Shown here: piece by piece, positions 26,935 to 36,245 of the stretch | How positions within the stretch are numbered: the stretch's first letter is position 1 | Layout: the number at the start of each line of letters is the position of its first letter | Notes under the pieces: generated by a model | What the model saw: only the letters and a program-made list of their open reading frames with translations | Told to the model about the DNA's origin: nothing | The model's database searches: none | Assembly: GCA_016218215.1 (NCBI GenBank) | Contig: JACREM010000047.1 | Coordinates: forward strand, 1 to 55,818 | Direction of reading: 5' to 3' | DNA: 55,818 nt | Origin: Candidatus Gottesmanbacteria bacterium | GTDB taxonomy: Bacteria; Patescibacteriota; Microgenomatia; UBA10105; UBA927 | Translations under genes and position numbers: made by a program

Positions 26935-28727
26935 AATTTATTGAACGGGTGTTTACGTTTTTCATTCTTATATTTATTCCCCTTGGACACGTTTTCGCGG
27001 CTTCTGATTTTCTTGCAAATTATGATATTTCATACGCAGTTTCACCAAGCGGTAAAACCATCGTTACAGAAAATATTACCCTCATAAACAAAACATCCGG
27101 AACGTACCCAAAACAATATGCTATTACTCTTGATTCAACAGATATAAAAAATACTATCGCATACGATCCAAAAGGTATTGTTCCGATAGAAGCAAGAAGT
27201 TTAGAGGGAAAAACGATGCTTCTCCTAACTTTTAATACAAAAGTTGTCGGGATAGATAAGGCTTTGCCGTTCTCTCTTCGATTTGAAACAGATTCTGTAG
27301 CCCGAAAATTTGGGTCAATCTGGGAGATTTCAATTCCGGGCGTACCAAAAGATGAATCTATTGGCACCTATGATGTGAGGCTATCTGTGCCTGATAATTT
27401 CGGTGAAAATTCCTATGTATCGCCATCTCCTGTAGATGGAATGCACTGGACGAAAGCTACGCTTTCATATGGTGGTGTAAATGCGTCCTACGGAAAAAAA
27501 CAATCGTACAGCCTTTCGCTTTTATACCACCTAGTAAATTCTTCGACAAGAGAAAAAAACATGAGCATCACGCTTCCTCCAGACACCGCCTATCAACAAA
27601 TGCTTATTTCTTCTCTTGATCCGGAGGCCGCGAAGGTAGAGCGAGATCGTGATGGGAACTGGCTTGCACAATACACTGTGAAAGCAAACGAGAAGCTTGA
27701 TATATCAGCACAAATCTTAGCAACGGTGTATCCTTTTCCAAGAGAAAGTTACGGCAAAGATACTATAGTTTCACGGGACTATCTGGCTGAACGGCCGTTT
27801 TGGGAGGTGTCTGACCCGTCTATCGTTTCTCTGGGCGGAACATATAAAACACCCGAGCAAATATATACATACGTATCTACATTTCTTTCCTATGATTATA
27901 CAAGGGTATCTCTTGGTATTGACAGGCTTGGGGCCGTAGGAGCTTTACGTTCAAACGCTCAAGCGCTTTGCAATGAATTCACTGATCTTTTTATCGCAAT
28001 CGCAAGAGCATCGGGCATACCCGCGCGAAGAGTAGTAGGATATGGATACACGACAAATCCAAAAATTAAGCCCTTGTCACTTATCGTAGATGTTCTTCAT
28101 ACCTGGCCTGAGTACTTTGATGAAAAGCGAAGCGTTTGGATATCCGTAGACCCAACATGGGCAAATACCACTGGAGGCATAGATTATTTCAGGAAACTTG
28201 ATTTTTCACATATAGCATTTGCAATAAATGGGCTATCAAGCTCAGAACCAAAGGCTGCCGGGATGTATAAAAACGAAAAAATCCAATCAAAAGATGTTCT
28301 AGTGACACTGTCATCTGAAAAAATTGAAAGCAGTGAGTCACCATCCCTTGTTCTTTCGTTTCATCTTCCTCGTCAGGTGATAAGCGGCACATATGCCCGA
28401 GGGACTCTCGAACTTAAAAACACATCGGGTGTTGCGGTGCAGATAGAGGGTGTAAAAGTTGAATCTTTATCGCATCTTGTGAGTCTATCAAATTCAACGA
28501 CAGAAATCCCACCATTTGGGAATATTGTTCTCCCGATAACATATCCTCTCCCGTTCTTTCCGACAGTCACCCGCGACATATTTACAGCGAAAGCGGGAAG
28601 TAGTATGGCACGGGCAGAAGTGCTTTATATATCTGCCACGCTCGTTTTTACTGTGCTTCTTTCTCTTTTATCTATCGGCGGAATTATCTACATTATTTTT
28701 TTAATGCTGAGAAGAAAGCATGTGTAG
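26931..28727 (+). CDS. Membrane-anchored transglutaminase-like domain protein
   Basis: Signal peptide; Cys (ALCNEF), His (HTWPEY) and Asp (VDPTW) triad; C-terminal TM followed by a basic tail. Confidence 0.85.
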   Translation: MKFIERVFTFFILIFIPLGHVFAASDFLANYDISYAVSPSGKTIVTENITLINKTSGTYPKQYAITLDSTDIKNTIAYDPKGIVPIEARSLEGKTMLLLTFNTKVVGIDKALPFSLRFETDSVARKFGSIWEISIPGVPKDESIGTYDVRLSVPDNFGENSYVSPSPVDGMHWTKATLSYGGVNASYGKKQSYSLSLLYHLVNSSTREKNMSITLPPDTAYQQMLISSLDPEAAKVERDRDGNWLAQYTVKANEKLDISAQILATVYPFPRESYGKDTIVSRDYLAERPFWEVSDPSIVSLGGTYKTPEQIYTYVSTFLSYDYTRVSLGIDRLGAVGALRSNAQALCNEFTDLFIAIARASGIPARRVVGYGYTTNPKIKPLSLIVDVLHTWPEYFDEKRSVWISVDPTWANTTGGIDYFRKLDFSHIAFAINGLSSSEPKAAGMYKNEKIQSKDVLVTLSSEKIESSESPSLVLSFHLPRQVISGTYARGTLELKNTSGVAVQIEGVKVESLSHLVSLSNSTTEIPPFGNIVLPITYPLPFFPTVTRDIFTAKAGSSMARAEVLYISATLVFTVLLSLLSIGGIIYIIFLMLRRKHV

Positions 28728-28733
28728 ATACGT

Positions 28734-30077
28734 ATGCGATATACAAAAAATCAGCGGAAATTACTGCCAACTACCCCCGGAATTTATCAGTATTTTGACG
28801 CATCAGATAGTCTTTTATATATAGGAAAAGCCAAAAATCTTCGAAAAAGAGTAAGTCAATACTTTCTCGATACGAAGCACCTTGGAGAAAAAACTCACAT
28901 ACTCGTTTCTCAGATAGACTCAATTTCGATCATAGAGACTGAAAGCGAATTTGACGCTATACTGTTTGAATCTGAACTTATTCGTACACTTCAGCCAAAA
29001 TATAATATTCTCGCCAAGGACGATAAGAGTCCGCTGTATGTCCTTCTGACACTCCACGAAGAATTGCCGCACATTCTGTATATCCGTAAACACGATATTC
29101 AGCGTTTGTACATACGAAAAAAAGATGCGTTGTTCGGCCCATATCAATCAGCGCATATGATTCGGTCGCTCATGAGAACACTGCGGCATATTGTTCCGTT
29201 TTGTCTTCAAAAAAGACGGAACGGTAAACCGTGTTTTTCGTCTCACATTGGACTCTGCAGCCCATGCGCGTCAGAAATACAGGGTATGCCGGGGGGCAAA
29301 TTAAAACAGGAAAGCGTACGAGTATATAGATCCCATGTGATTACGTTAAAACATATTTTGTCGGGAAAATCAGACGTTGTCAGGCGATCATACGCAAGAG
29401 AGATGAACGCTCTTTCAAAACACTTGCACTACGAAGAGGCGCTCGTTATACGAAAACACATTGAATCCCTTGATGTACTTAAGCGAAGAAGATTTGATCC
29501 ATCTGTCTATACTCAAAGTGAACAAAAAATTGATGATATTTACCAGATGGAGCTCTCTGACACTCTGGAAGTACTACATAGATTTGGCATAACAATACAC
29601 TCACTAGAACGTATAGAATGCATAGACATTTCAAACACGCAAGGGACGCATGCGACAGGAGCATTGACAGTATCAATCGATGGTCGCATGACAGTGAGCG
29701 AATATCGAAAATTCCGTATCAGGACTGTACAGTCTCCAAATGATGTTCTTATGGTTTCTGAAGTTATGCGACGAAGGTTGTCTCATACCGAATGGCGGTT
29801 TCCCGAGCTTTTTGTGATAGACGGAGGGAAGGGACAGATCCAGGCTGCGTGTAGCGTACTTGATGAATACAGCTGCACTATTCCAATTATTGGTCTTGCC
29901 AAACGCTTTGAAACGATTCTTTACTACCACAGAAGAACTCAATCATTTCAAAGCATCAATCTTTCTTTCGATCGACCGGCTCTCCATCTTTTTCAGCGGA
30001 TACGCGATGAAGCTCACAGGTTTTCAAAATCATATCATTCCTTATTGCGTTCAAAAAGTATGACGCGGGAGTCTTGA
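28734..30077 (+). CDS. uvrC: Excinuclease ABC subunit C (short, lacks C-terminal HhH)
   Basis: GIY-YIG (PGIYQY..LYIGKAKNL), ECIDIS, IDGGKGQ, RDEAHRF; ends soon afterwards. Confidence 0.93.
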   Translation: MRYTKNQRKLLPTTPGIYQYFDASDSLLYIGKAKNLRKRVSQYFLDTKHLGEKTHILVSQIDSISIIETESEFDAILFESELIRTLQPKYNILAKDDKSPLYVLLTLHEELPHILYIRKHDIQRLYIRKKDALFGPYQSAHMIRSLMRTLRHIVPFCLQKRRNGKPCFSSHIGLCSPCASEIQGMPGGKLKQESVRVYRSHVITLKHILSGKSDVVRRSYAREMNALSKHLHYEEALVIRKHIESLDVLKRRRFDPSVYTQSEQKIDDIYQMELSDTLEVLHRFGITIHSLERIECIDISNTQGTHATGALTVSIDGRMTVSEYRKFRIRTVQSPNDVLMVSEVMRRRLSHTEWRFPELFVIDGGKGQIQAACSVLDEYSCTIPIIGLAKRFETILYYHRRTQSFQSINLSFDRPALHLFQRIRDEAHRFSKSYHSLLRSKSMTRES

Positions 30078-30113
30078 GAATAGAGAGTAAATTTGTTAGC
30101 ATTGGATGACACC

Positions 30114-30518
30114 ATGAGATATCTTTTGAAGTTGTTTGTTTTTCATGCATTTGCACTGTGGGTCACGACAGAAATATATGCCGGATTTGTCATACGGGGC
30201 GGTTGGCAAACAATTTTTTTTGCCGGTCTTATACTCACAGTATTAACTCTCCTGGTAAAGCCTCTTTTAAAAATTCTCTTTATACCGGTAAATCTTCTGA
30301 CATTTGGATTATTTTCCTGGATAGTTAATGTTCTTGTTTTGTATATGCTGACTGTTATCATAAACACTGTGTATGTAAGACCCTGGATATTTATGGGTTT
30401 TACGTTCCAAGGGTTTGTCGTACCATCTACTCAGATTTCGTATCTGGCCTCTCTCATCGGGGCTACATTTATTATTACCGCTATATCAAACCTTCTTTTT
30501 GAAGTAACGGAAAGCTAA
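30114..30518 (+). CDS. YvlD-like four-TM membrane protein (phage holin family 4 annotation)
   Basis: VKPLLKILFIPVNLLTFGLFSWIVN motif. Confidence 0.85.
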   Translation: MRYLLKLFVFHAFALWVTTEIYAGFVIRGGWQTIFFAGLILTVLTLLVKPLLKILFIPVNLLTFGLFSWIVNVLVLYMLTVIINTVYVRPWIFMGFTFQGFVVPSTQISYLASLIGATFIITAISNLLFEVTES

Positions 30519-30523
30519 TCTCT

Positions 30524-31528
30524 ATGGCACGAATTTCTCATAAAAATATTGTCTGTATTGGCGGTGGTACCGGTACGTTTGTGGTGCTTAAAGGCTTAAA
30601 AGAATTTTATACAAACCTTTCGGCTATTGTCACCATGAGCGACAGTGGAGGAAGCAATAAACGCATTCGTGATGAATTTGGCCTCCTCCCAACGTCAGAC
30701 ATACGACAATGCTTCGTAGCACTTTCAAGCGAGAACGGCGGATCAGGACTTTTACGAAAACTCTTTATGTATCGGTTTGAAAAAGGTCAGGGTATCTCGG
30801 GGATGACATTTGGAAATTTATTTATGGCTGCTCTTTCTGATATTTTGGGTTCGCAAGAAGAAGCGATACGTCAAACAGGTAAGGTATTGAACATAAAGGG
30901 GCACGTTATACCGGTTTCTTTTACAGATACTAATCTTATTGCCGAATATGAAGATGGAACTACTTTAAGCGGTGAACATTTTATCGATGAGCCGCCCCAC
31001 GACGGCAAGACAAAAATTACTCATATCGCTCTCAGCCCAGAGGCAGTAGCAAATCCGGAGGCGTGTGACGCTATAGAAAAAGCCGATCTTATCGTATTAG
31101 GCCCTGGAGACCTTTATACGAGTCTCGTACCAAACTTACTGGTAAAAGATATTTCCCGCTCGATTCAACATGCCCGCGCAAAAAAAGTGTATGTACTAAA
31201 CCTTATGACAAAATCAGGTCAAACGTACGGATATAAAGCCTCAGACCACCTGCGAGTGGTGGAATCGTATGTTGGTCGTGTTTCGTCTATCATTCTTCAT
31301 GAGGGTCAATTTCCTGAGCATGCGCTTGATGTATATAAAAAGTACAACGAATTCCCCGTGAAAGATGATTTGAAAAGAGACAGTAGGGCTGTGAGAGGCG
31401 ACATCGTCAACAGAAAAATTGTGACAAAATCTAAAAGTGACGCTCTGGTGCGAAGCCTGATTCGCCACGATAGCGCAAGACTTGCCGGTATCATAATTGA
31501 TATACTAGAGGAAAGAGAAAAAGTATGA
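30524..31528 (+). CDS. yvcK: YvcK/GlmR (CofD-like) UDP-GlcNAc-binding protein
   Basis: IGGGTG, VTMSDSGGS, D.RQC, GPGDLYTS, IRHD. Confidence 0.9.
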   Translation: MARISHKNIVCIGGGTGTFVVLKGLKEFYTNLSAIVTMSDSGGSNKRIRDEFGLLPTSDIRQCFVALSSENGGSGLLRKLFMYRFEKGQGISGMTFGNLFMAALSDILGSQEEAIRQTGKVLNIKGHVIPVSFTDTNLIAEYEDGTTLSGEHFIDEPPHDGKTKITHIALSPEAVANPEACDAIEKADLIVLGPGDLYTSLVPNLLVKDISRSIQHARAKKVYVLNLMTKSGQTYGYKASDHLRVVESYVGRVSSIILHEGQFPEHALDVYKKYNEFPVKDDLKRDSRAVRGDIVNRKIVTKSKSDALVRSLIRHDSARLAGIIIDILEEREKV

Positions 31529-31737
31529 AAAACATTATTCTTATTATGCATATCATCGTATCTGTGTCGCTTATCGCGCTTGTGCTTTTACAATCAAGTA
31601 AAGGCGGACTATCAAGCTTTGGAGGCGGGGAGCTTTATAGAACAAAAAGAGGTGCGGAAAAAATCGTTTTTATGCTGACGATTATTTTTGCGTGCCTATT
31701 CCTTGCGACGTCCATTGCGAATATACTCATTCGCTGA
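31525..31737 (+). CDS. secG: Preprotein translocase subunit SecG
   Basis: Two TMs flanking LLQSSKGGLSSFGG...RGAEK. Confidence 0.9.
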   Translation: MKNIILIMHIIVSVSLIALVLLQSSKGGLSSFGGGELYRTKRGAEKIVFMLTIIFACLFLATSIANILIR

Positions 31738-31739
31738 TT

Positions 31740-33080
31740 ATGTTCATATTGCGGAAAATTCGTCTCTTTTTTTGGGTCATTCGCATACTAGCGACAAAGT
31801 ACACAAAAGCTCTTGCAGGCGGATTTATCATCGGACTTTGCACTGCATTTCTTCTGTCTCAAATGCTTCCTCTCATAAAAATTACATTTTTTGCCCCGAT
31901 TGAACGAATAGGTATTGTGGGAGAGTTCACTCCCTCCACGCTTCCTCGAGAGCTTCAGGATAAAGTATCTGCAGGTCTGACCAGTCTTGCGCCAGATGGA
32001 AGCGCGAAAGAATCACTTGCTATCTCATGGGAGGCCACTGACTCTGGAAAAGTGTATATCTTTCACTTGAGGTCCGATCTTTTCTGGCACGACGGAAAAA
32101 AAGTTGAGGCAAATGATGTGAATTACAATATAAAAAATGTTACATTTTCTCCTATCGATAACAAAACCATACGAGTCATACTAACAGAATCTTACAGCCC
32201 GTTTCCAACCGTAGTAGCAAAACCACTGTTTAAAAAAGGCCTTATCGGATTTGGACCGTATAGAGTATCATCTATAAAACTTTCCGGCGACAGCGTGCAA
32301 TATCTTTTGCTTACCCCGAGATTTGAACGCCTGGGCATTTCCTATGAATACCGGTTTTATAAAACTCAATCTCAGGCCGTGTCGGCATTTAAGCGCGGAG
32401 ATGTCGATCGTATTAATGATCTGTCAGACGCATTATTGTTTTCTTCGTGGGGGACTGCAAATCTGACTGAGCAGGTGCTAAAAGACCGAATGGTAACACT
32501 TTTTTACAATACAAAGGACAGCATGCTAAAAGAGAAGCAGGTGCGTCAGATGCTCTCCTATGCAGTACCTGATCTTGGGGGCGAACGAGCATACTCTCCA
32601 ATAGGAAAAGGCTCATGGAGCTACACAGATAAAATAAGAAAGTACGATCCAAATACATCTCAGGCGTTAAAAATGGCGAAATCACTAGGAATTGCATCCG
32701 AATCATCGGAGCTGACTATAACAACATTTCCAGGCTATGTTGATGTAGCATCAAAAATAGCAACAGCTTGGACAAATATTGGAATCAAAACTTCTGTCCA
32801 GGTTGAAAACTCTCTCAGCGGTACCTTTCAGGTACTCTTGGGTGTACAGATCATTCCGCCTGATCCTGATCAATATCCATTCTGGCATTCTACTCAAACT
32901 GTAACAAACGTCACAGGGTATATAAATCAGAAAATTGATAAACTTTTGGAAGATGGCCGCGGAAAAAACCTCGATCCAGAAAACAGAAGGGTTGTGTACC
33001 AAACGTTTGCGCGTACACTAACAGAAGATGTCCCCGCTCTCTTTCTCTATTACCCTACAGTATATTCAATACACCGATAA
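31740..33080 (+). CDS. ABC substrate-binding protein, family 5 (OppA/DppA-like), N-terminally anchored
   Basis: LA.SW...D.GK.Y.FHLR..L.WHDGK...A.DV, GPY, PDPDQYPFWHS; no permease adjacent. Confidence 0.85.
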   Translation: MFILRKIRLFFWVIRILATKYTKALAGGFIIGLCTAFLLSQMLPLIKITFFAPIERIGIVGEFTPSTLPRELQDKVSAGLTSLAPDGSAKESLAISWEATDSGKVYIFHLRSDLFWHDGKKVEANDVNYNIKNVTFSPIDNKTIRVILTESYSPFPTVVAKPLFKKGLIGFGPYRVSSIKLSGDSVQYLLLTPRFERLGISYEYRFYKTQSQAVSAFKRGDVDRINDLSDALLFSSWGTANLTEQVLKDRMVTLFYNTKDSMLKEKQVRQMLSYAVPDLGGERAYSPIGKGSWSYTDKIRKYDPNTSQALKMAKSLGIASESSELTITTFPGYVDVASKIATAWTNIGIKTSVQVENSLSGTFQVLLGVQIIPPDPDQYPFWHSTQTVTNVTGYINQKIDKLLEDGRGKNLDPENRRVVYQTFARTLTEDVPALFLYYPTVYSIHR

Positions 33081-33148
33081 TTTTTTTTCAGTAAAGTATC
33101 ATCTGCGGCATATTCGGATACGTAAACGCATATGGTATACTTCACTCT

Positions 33149-34174
33149 GTGAAAAAAGTCGTCATTTCTATCATCATTATTGTTGGAATTATTGGATTTT
33201 TTTGGTACAGACAGTCATCGCAAAAGACCCCCAATATAGAAACTATTCAAGTTCAAACAAAAAACCTTGATGAAACTATCAGCGCATCAGGAAAAACATC
33301 TGCAAAACGCATGGTAGATTTAAAATTTCAGACGTCGGGACTTCTCATCTTTGTTGGGGTTAAGGAAGGAGATCATGTTGAGAAAGGACAAATTCTGGCA
33401 TCCCTGGATTCACGAGAAGTGCAAAAAAATTTGGAGAAAACGCTTATTGACTATTCCAAACAAAGAAATGACTTTGAAGAATTATGGAGAGTAACCTATA
33501 AAGGAATGAAAATGCCGCAAGATGCACTGACAAACACAGTCGCAAGAATTTTAGAGAAAAATCAGTGGGATTTGAGTCGGTCTGTACTCGATGTAGAACT
33601 TAAAGCTTTGGCAATTGAATGGTCAAAGCTCGTTACTCCTATTTCAGGCATTGTTACGCATATTGATGTTCCTGTCTCCGGAGTAAATATTACTCCTGCT
33701 GGAGCCGTATTCGCGGTAGTAGATCCGCAAAGCATTGTCTTTCAGGCAAATGTCGACGAAACAGACGTAGGTGCAGTGCATGAAGGAATGAAGGCAGTGG
33801 TGGCTCTCGACGCGTACAGAGATGTGCCTTTTGAAGGTGAAATTTCAACCATTGCCTATGCGTCGCAAACATCCAGTGGTGGTGCAACTATATTTCCTAT
33901 TGAGATGAAATTTGCTTCTCCCTCGGCTCTCCGAGTGGGGCTTAATGGTGACATCTCTATACAAACACGAAGAATCAGTAATGTACTGGTAGCCCCACGC
34001 GAAGCAGTCCGGGGCACAACTGATCGATATGTCATCCGAGTCGTAGAAAAAAAATACGTTAAAACCAGTGTCACGGTTGGACTTATAACAGAGAAAGAAA
34101 TTGAAATTCAAAGCGGCCTTGCACCGGGTGACATGGTCGTAATCAAAGGGTTTAGCGAGATTTTGGTACACTAG
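33149..34174 (+). CDS. Membrane fusion/adaptor protein (MacA/YknX-like)
   Basis: N-terminal TM, VKEGDHVEKGQILASLD, PISGIV, VDETD; GTG start. Confidence 0.9.
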   Translation: MKKVVISIIIIVGIIGFFWYRQSSQKTPNIETIQVQTKNLDETISASGKTSAKRMVDLKFQTSGLLIFVGVKEGDHVEKGQILASLDSREVQKNLEKTLIDYSKQRNDFEELWRVTYKGMKMPQDALTNTVARILEKNQWDLSRSVLDVELKALAIEWSKLVTPISGIVTHIDVPVSGVNITPAGAVFAVVDPQSIVFQANVDETDVGAVHEGMKAVVALDAYRDVPFEGEISTIAYASQTSSGGATIFPIEMKFASPSALRVGLNGDISIQTRRISNVLVAPREAVRGTTDRYVIRVVEKKYVKTSVTVGLITEKEIEIQSGLAPGDMVVIKGFSEILVH

Positions 34175-34188
34175 CGTTTATTCTGATT

Positions 34189-34878
34189 ATGATTCCTCAC
34201 ATACTCTTGTCTGTTTCTCATGTATCCAAAGCTTATAGAATGGATGAAGTAGAATTTGCAGCACTAAACGACGTGACTCTTCGTGTGTCTGAAGGTGAAT
34301 TTATCGCGATCATTGGTCCTTCCGGAAGCGGCAAATCAACGCTTATGCACCTCATTGGGTGTCTTGACACACCAACAATAGGTACGTTGTCCTTTGATGG
34401 TGTAGATATTTCAAAAATATCAAATCGTGAACTCGCTATGGTCAGAAATCAAAAAATTGGTTTTGTATTTCAACAGTTTAATCTGCTTCGAAAAACTTCT
34501 GCTCTCTCAAACGTTGAATTACCACTCATTTACGCAAACATGAATGCAAAAGAGAGAAAAGTAAAGGCCGTAGAAATGTTAAGAAAAGTGGGGCTCTCAG
34601 ATAAACTTTCGAATTTTCCTTCACAACTTTCCGGAGGTCAACAGCAGCGTGTCGCTATCGCAAGAGCACTCGTGACTAACCCGCGGATTTTGCTTGCAGA
34701 TGAACCAACCGGAAATTTAGATAGCAAATCCGGTCGCGAAATACTAGATATGTTTCAGGACCTAAACAAAAGCGGGCATACCATTGTTCTCGTGACCCAC
34801 GACATGAATATTGCAAAGGAAGCAAAAAGAATTGTTCAGATTAAAGACGGGTCAATACTATCGGACAAAAAAAAATAA
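34189..34878 (+). CDS. ABC transporter ATP-binding protein (MacB/LolD-like)
   Basis: GPSGSGKST, LSGGQQQRVAIARAL, ADEPTGNLD, VTHD. Confidence 0.95.
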   Translation: MIPHILLSVSHVSKAYRMDEVEFAALNDVTLRVSEGEFIAIIGPSGSGKSTLMHLIGCLDTPTIGTLSFDGVDISKISNRELAMVRNQKIGFVFQQFNLLRKTSALSNVELPLIYANMNAKERKVKAVEMLRKVGLSDKLSNFPSQLSGGQQQRVAIARALVTNPRILLADEPTGNLDSKSGREILDMFQDLNKSGHTIVLVTHDMNIAKEAKRIVQIKDGSILSDKKK

Positions 34879-34882
34879 ATGT

Positions 34883-36085
34883 ATGAATATAGGTGTATAT
34901 TTTAAATTATCTCTCAATAGTTTGAGTGCAAACAAAATCAGGTCTATATTAACAATGCTTGGTATCATCATAGGCGTAGCTTCTGTAATTCTTCTCGTTT
35001 CTATCGGTACAGGCCTTCAAGCATATGTCACGAATCAATTTGCGTCTCTTGGTTCTAATGTTGTCTTTGTTCTTCCTGGAAAAGTTGATTTGAAACGTGG
35101 CACACAGGGTAGGCCTCTGACCCAAGTAAGTAAATTTGAACTTCAAGATGTGACAGAATTAAATCGGCTCGGAGGGCCGATAAAGCAAGCTAGTCCTATG
35201 ATTCAGACTCAGGGTACGCTTCGAGCCCGCGGTGAATCCGTCAGCGTACCTATTATAGGAGTATGGGAGAATGTTTTTGATATAAGAAACTTAGCGGTGA
35301 AAGAAGGAAAACGCATAGCGCAAAGCGATGTTGAACGGTCAAGAAAAGTTATTGTTCTAGGTTCTGAAACGTCAAAAAATTTATTTGGAACTGAAGAAAG
35401 TGCTATCAATCAAACGCTCACAATAAATGATATTCGTTATACCGTCGGTGGAGTTCTTGAAAGCAAAGGCGGAGGCGGATTAGGGGCAAACGTAGATGAG
35501 CAGGTCTATATACCTCTCTCAACAGCACTTCGTCAGTTCAACCAATCAAAGCCAAGCATTATACTTGTGGAAGCAATAGATCAATCCTCTGTTGAAGAGG
35601 CATCAAGCGAAACGAAGAAACTATTGCTGAGACGACTTAAGGACGATGATTTTACCGTGCTTGAGCAAAAAGAACTTTTATCTACTATCAATCAATTCTT
35701 GGGCACTATTACCGTAGCGCTCGGAGGAATAGCAGCGATTTCTCTCCTCGTCGGCGGCATCGGCATTATGAACATCATGCTCGTCTCCGTGACTGAGCGG
35801 ACGCTGGAAATTGGATTACGAAAAGCGGTTGGAGCCCCACCAGAGGCGATTCTCATACAATTTCTTATTGAGGCAATCGTCCTCTCGCTTGTCGGGGGTA
35901 CGATCGGTATCATTCTTGGATCTGTGGGCGCACTCCTTTTAAGTCGATTTATTCAAACATCTGTCTCTCTATGGTCTATCGTTTTATCATTTTCCTTTAG
36001 CGCGTTTATTGGTATCGTTTTTGGAGTCGCACCCGCTATTCGGGCCGCAAGACTTGACCCAATTGCTGCTTTACGATATGAATAG
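34883..36085 (+). CDS. ABC permease (MacB/FtsX family)
   Basis: RSILTMLGIIIG, GGIGIMNIMLVSVTERT.EIG.RKA.GA, PA.RAA.LDPI.ALRYE. Confidence 0.94.
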   Translation: MNIGVYFKLSLNSLSANKIRSILTMLGIIIGVASVILLVSIGTGLQAYVTNQFASLGSNVVFVLPGKVDLKRGTQGRPLTQVSKFELQDVTELNRLGGPIKQASPMIQTQGTLRARGESVSVPIIGVWENVFDIRNLAVKEGKRIAQSDVERSRKVIVLGSETSKNLFGTEESAINQTLTINDIRYTVGGVLESKGGGGLGANVDEQVYIPLSTALRQFNQSKPSIILVEAIDQSSVEEASSETKKLLLRRLKDDDFTVLEQKELLSTINQFLGTITVALGGIAAISLLVGGIGIMNIMLVSVTERTLEIGLRKAVGAPPEAILIQFLIEAIVLSLVGGTIGIILGSVGALLLSRFIQTSVSLWSIVLSFSFSAFIGIVFGVAPAIRAARLDPIAALRYE

Positions 36086-36096
36086 CGTTCGTCTAG

Positions 36097-36125
36097 TTGA
36101 CAGAAAAGGAAATACTCTTTAGACT
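36097..36125 (+). promoter_or_regulatory. Sigma70 promoter of add-guaB
   Basis: TTGACA-N17-TAGACT. Confidence 0.7.
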
Positions 36126-36131
36126 TACAGT

Positions 36132-36228
36132 CATCTCGAGAGACTGTACTCTCGTATGTTGTTTTTTCTCAAGCAACGAATATCCCTGGCTCATGCGAAG
36201 CATGAACAGAAAGCCGCCTTGGATGTTC
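36132..36228 (+). ncRNA. Candidate structured 5' leader of add-guaB (unassigned)
   Basis: Three consecutive stems paired by eye, including GAATATCC/GGATGTTC enclosing TCATGC-GAA-GCATGA. Confidence 0.4.
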
Positions 36229-36245
36229 ACCAAACGAAAAAACGT

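Noticed and set aside
30114-30518. Holin-family annotation as evidence of a prophage
   Set aside because: YvlD-like genes are normal chromosomal neighbours of uvr and yvcK; no phage genes nearby
33113-33128. TTCGG upstream of the MacA-like gene as another LexA site
   Set aside because: Single half-site with no second repeat at 6-nt spacing
36115-36150. CTTTA..CAGTC..GAGAGACTG resembling a PyrR binding loop
   Set aside because: It overlaps the -10 box so would not be fully transcribed, the loop deviates from AGUCCnGnGAGGCU, and the downstream genes are purine-related
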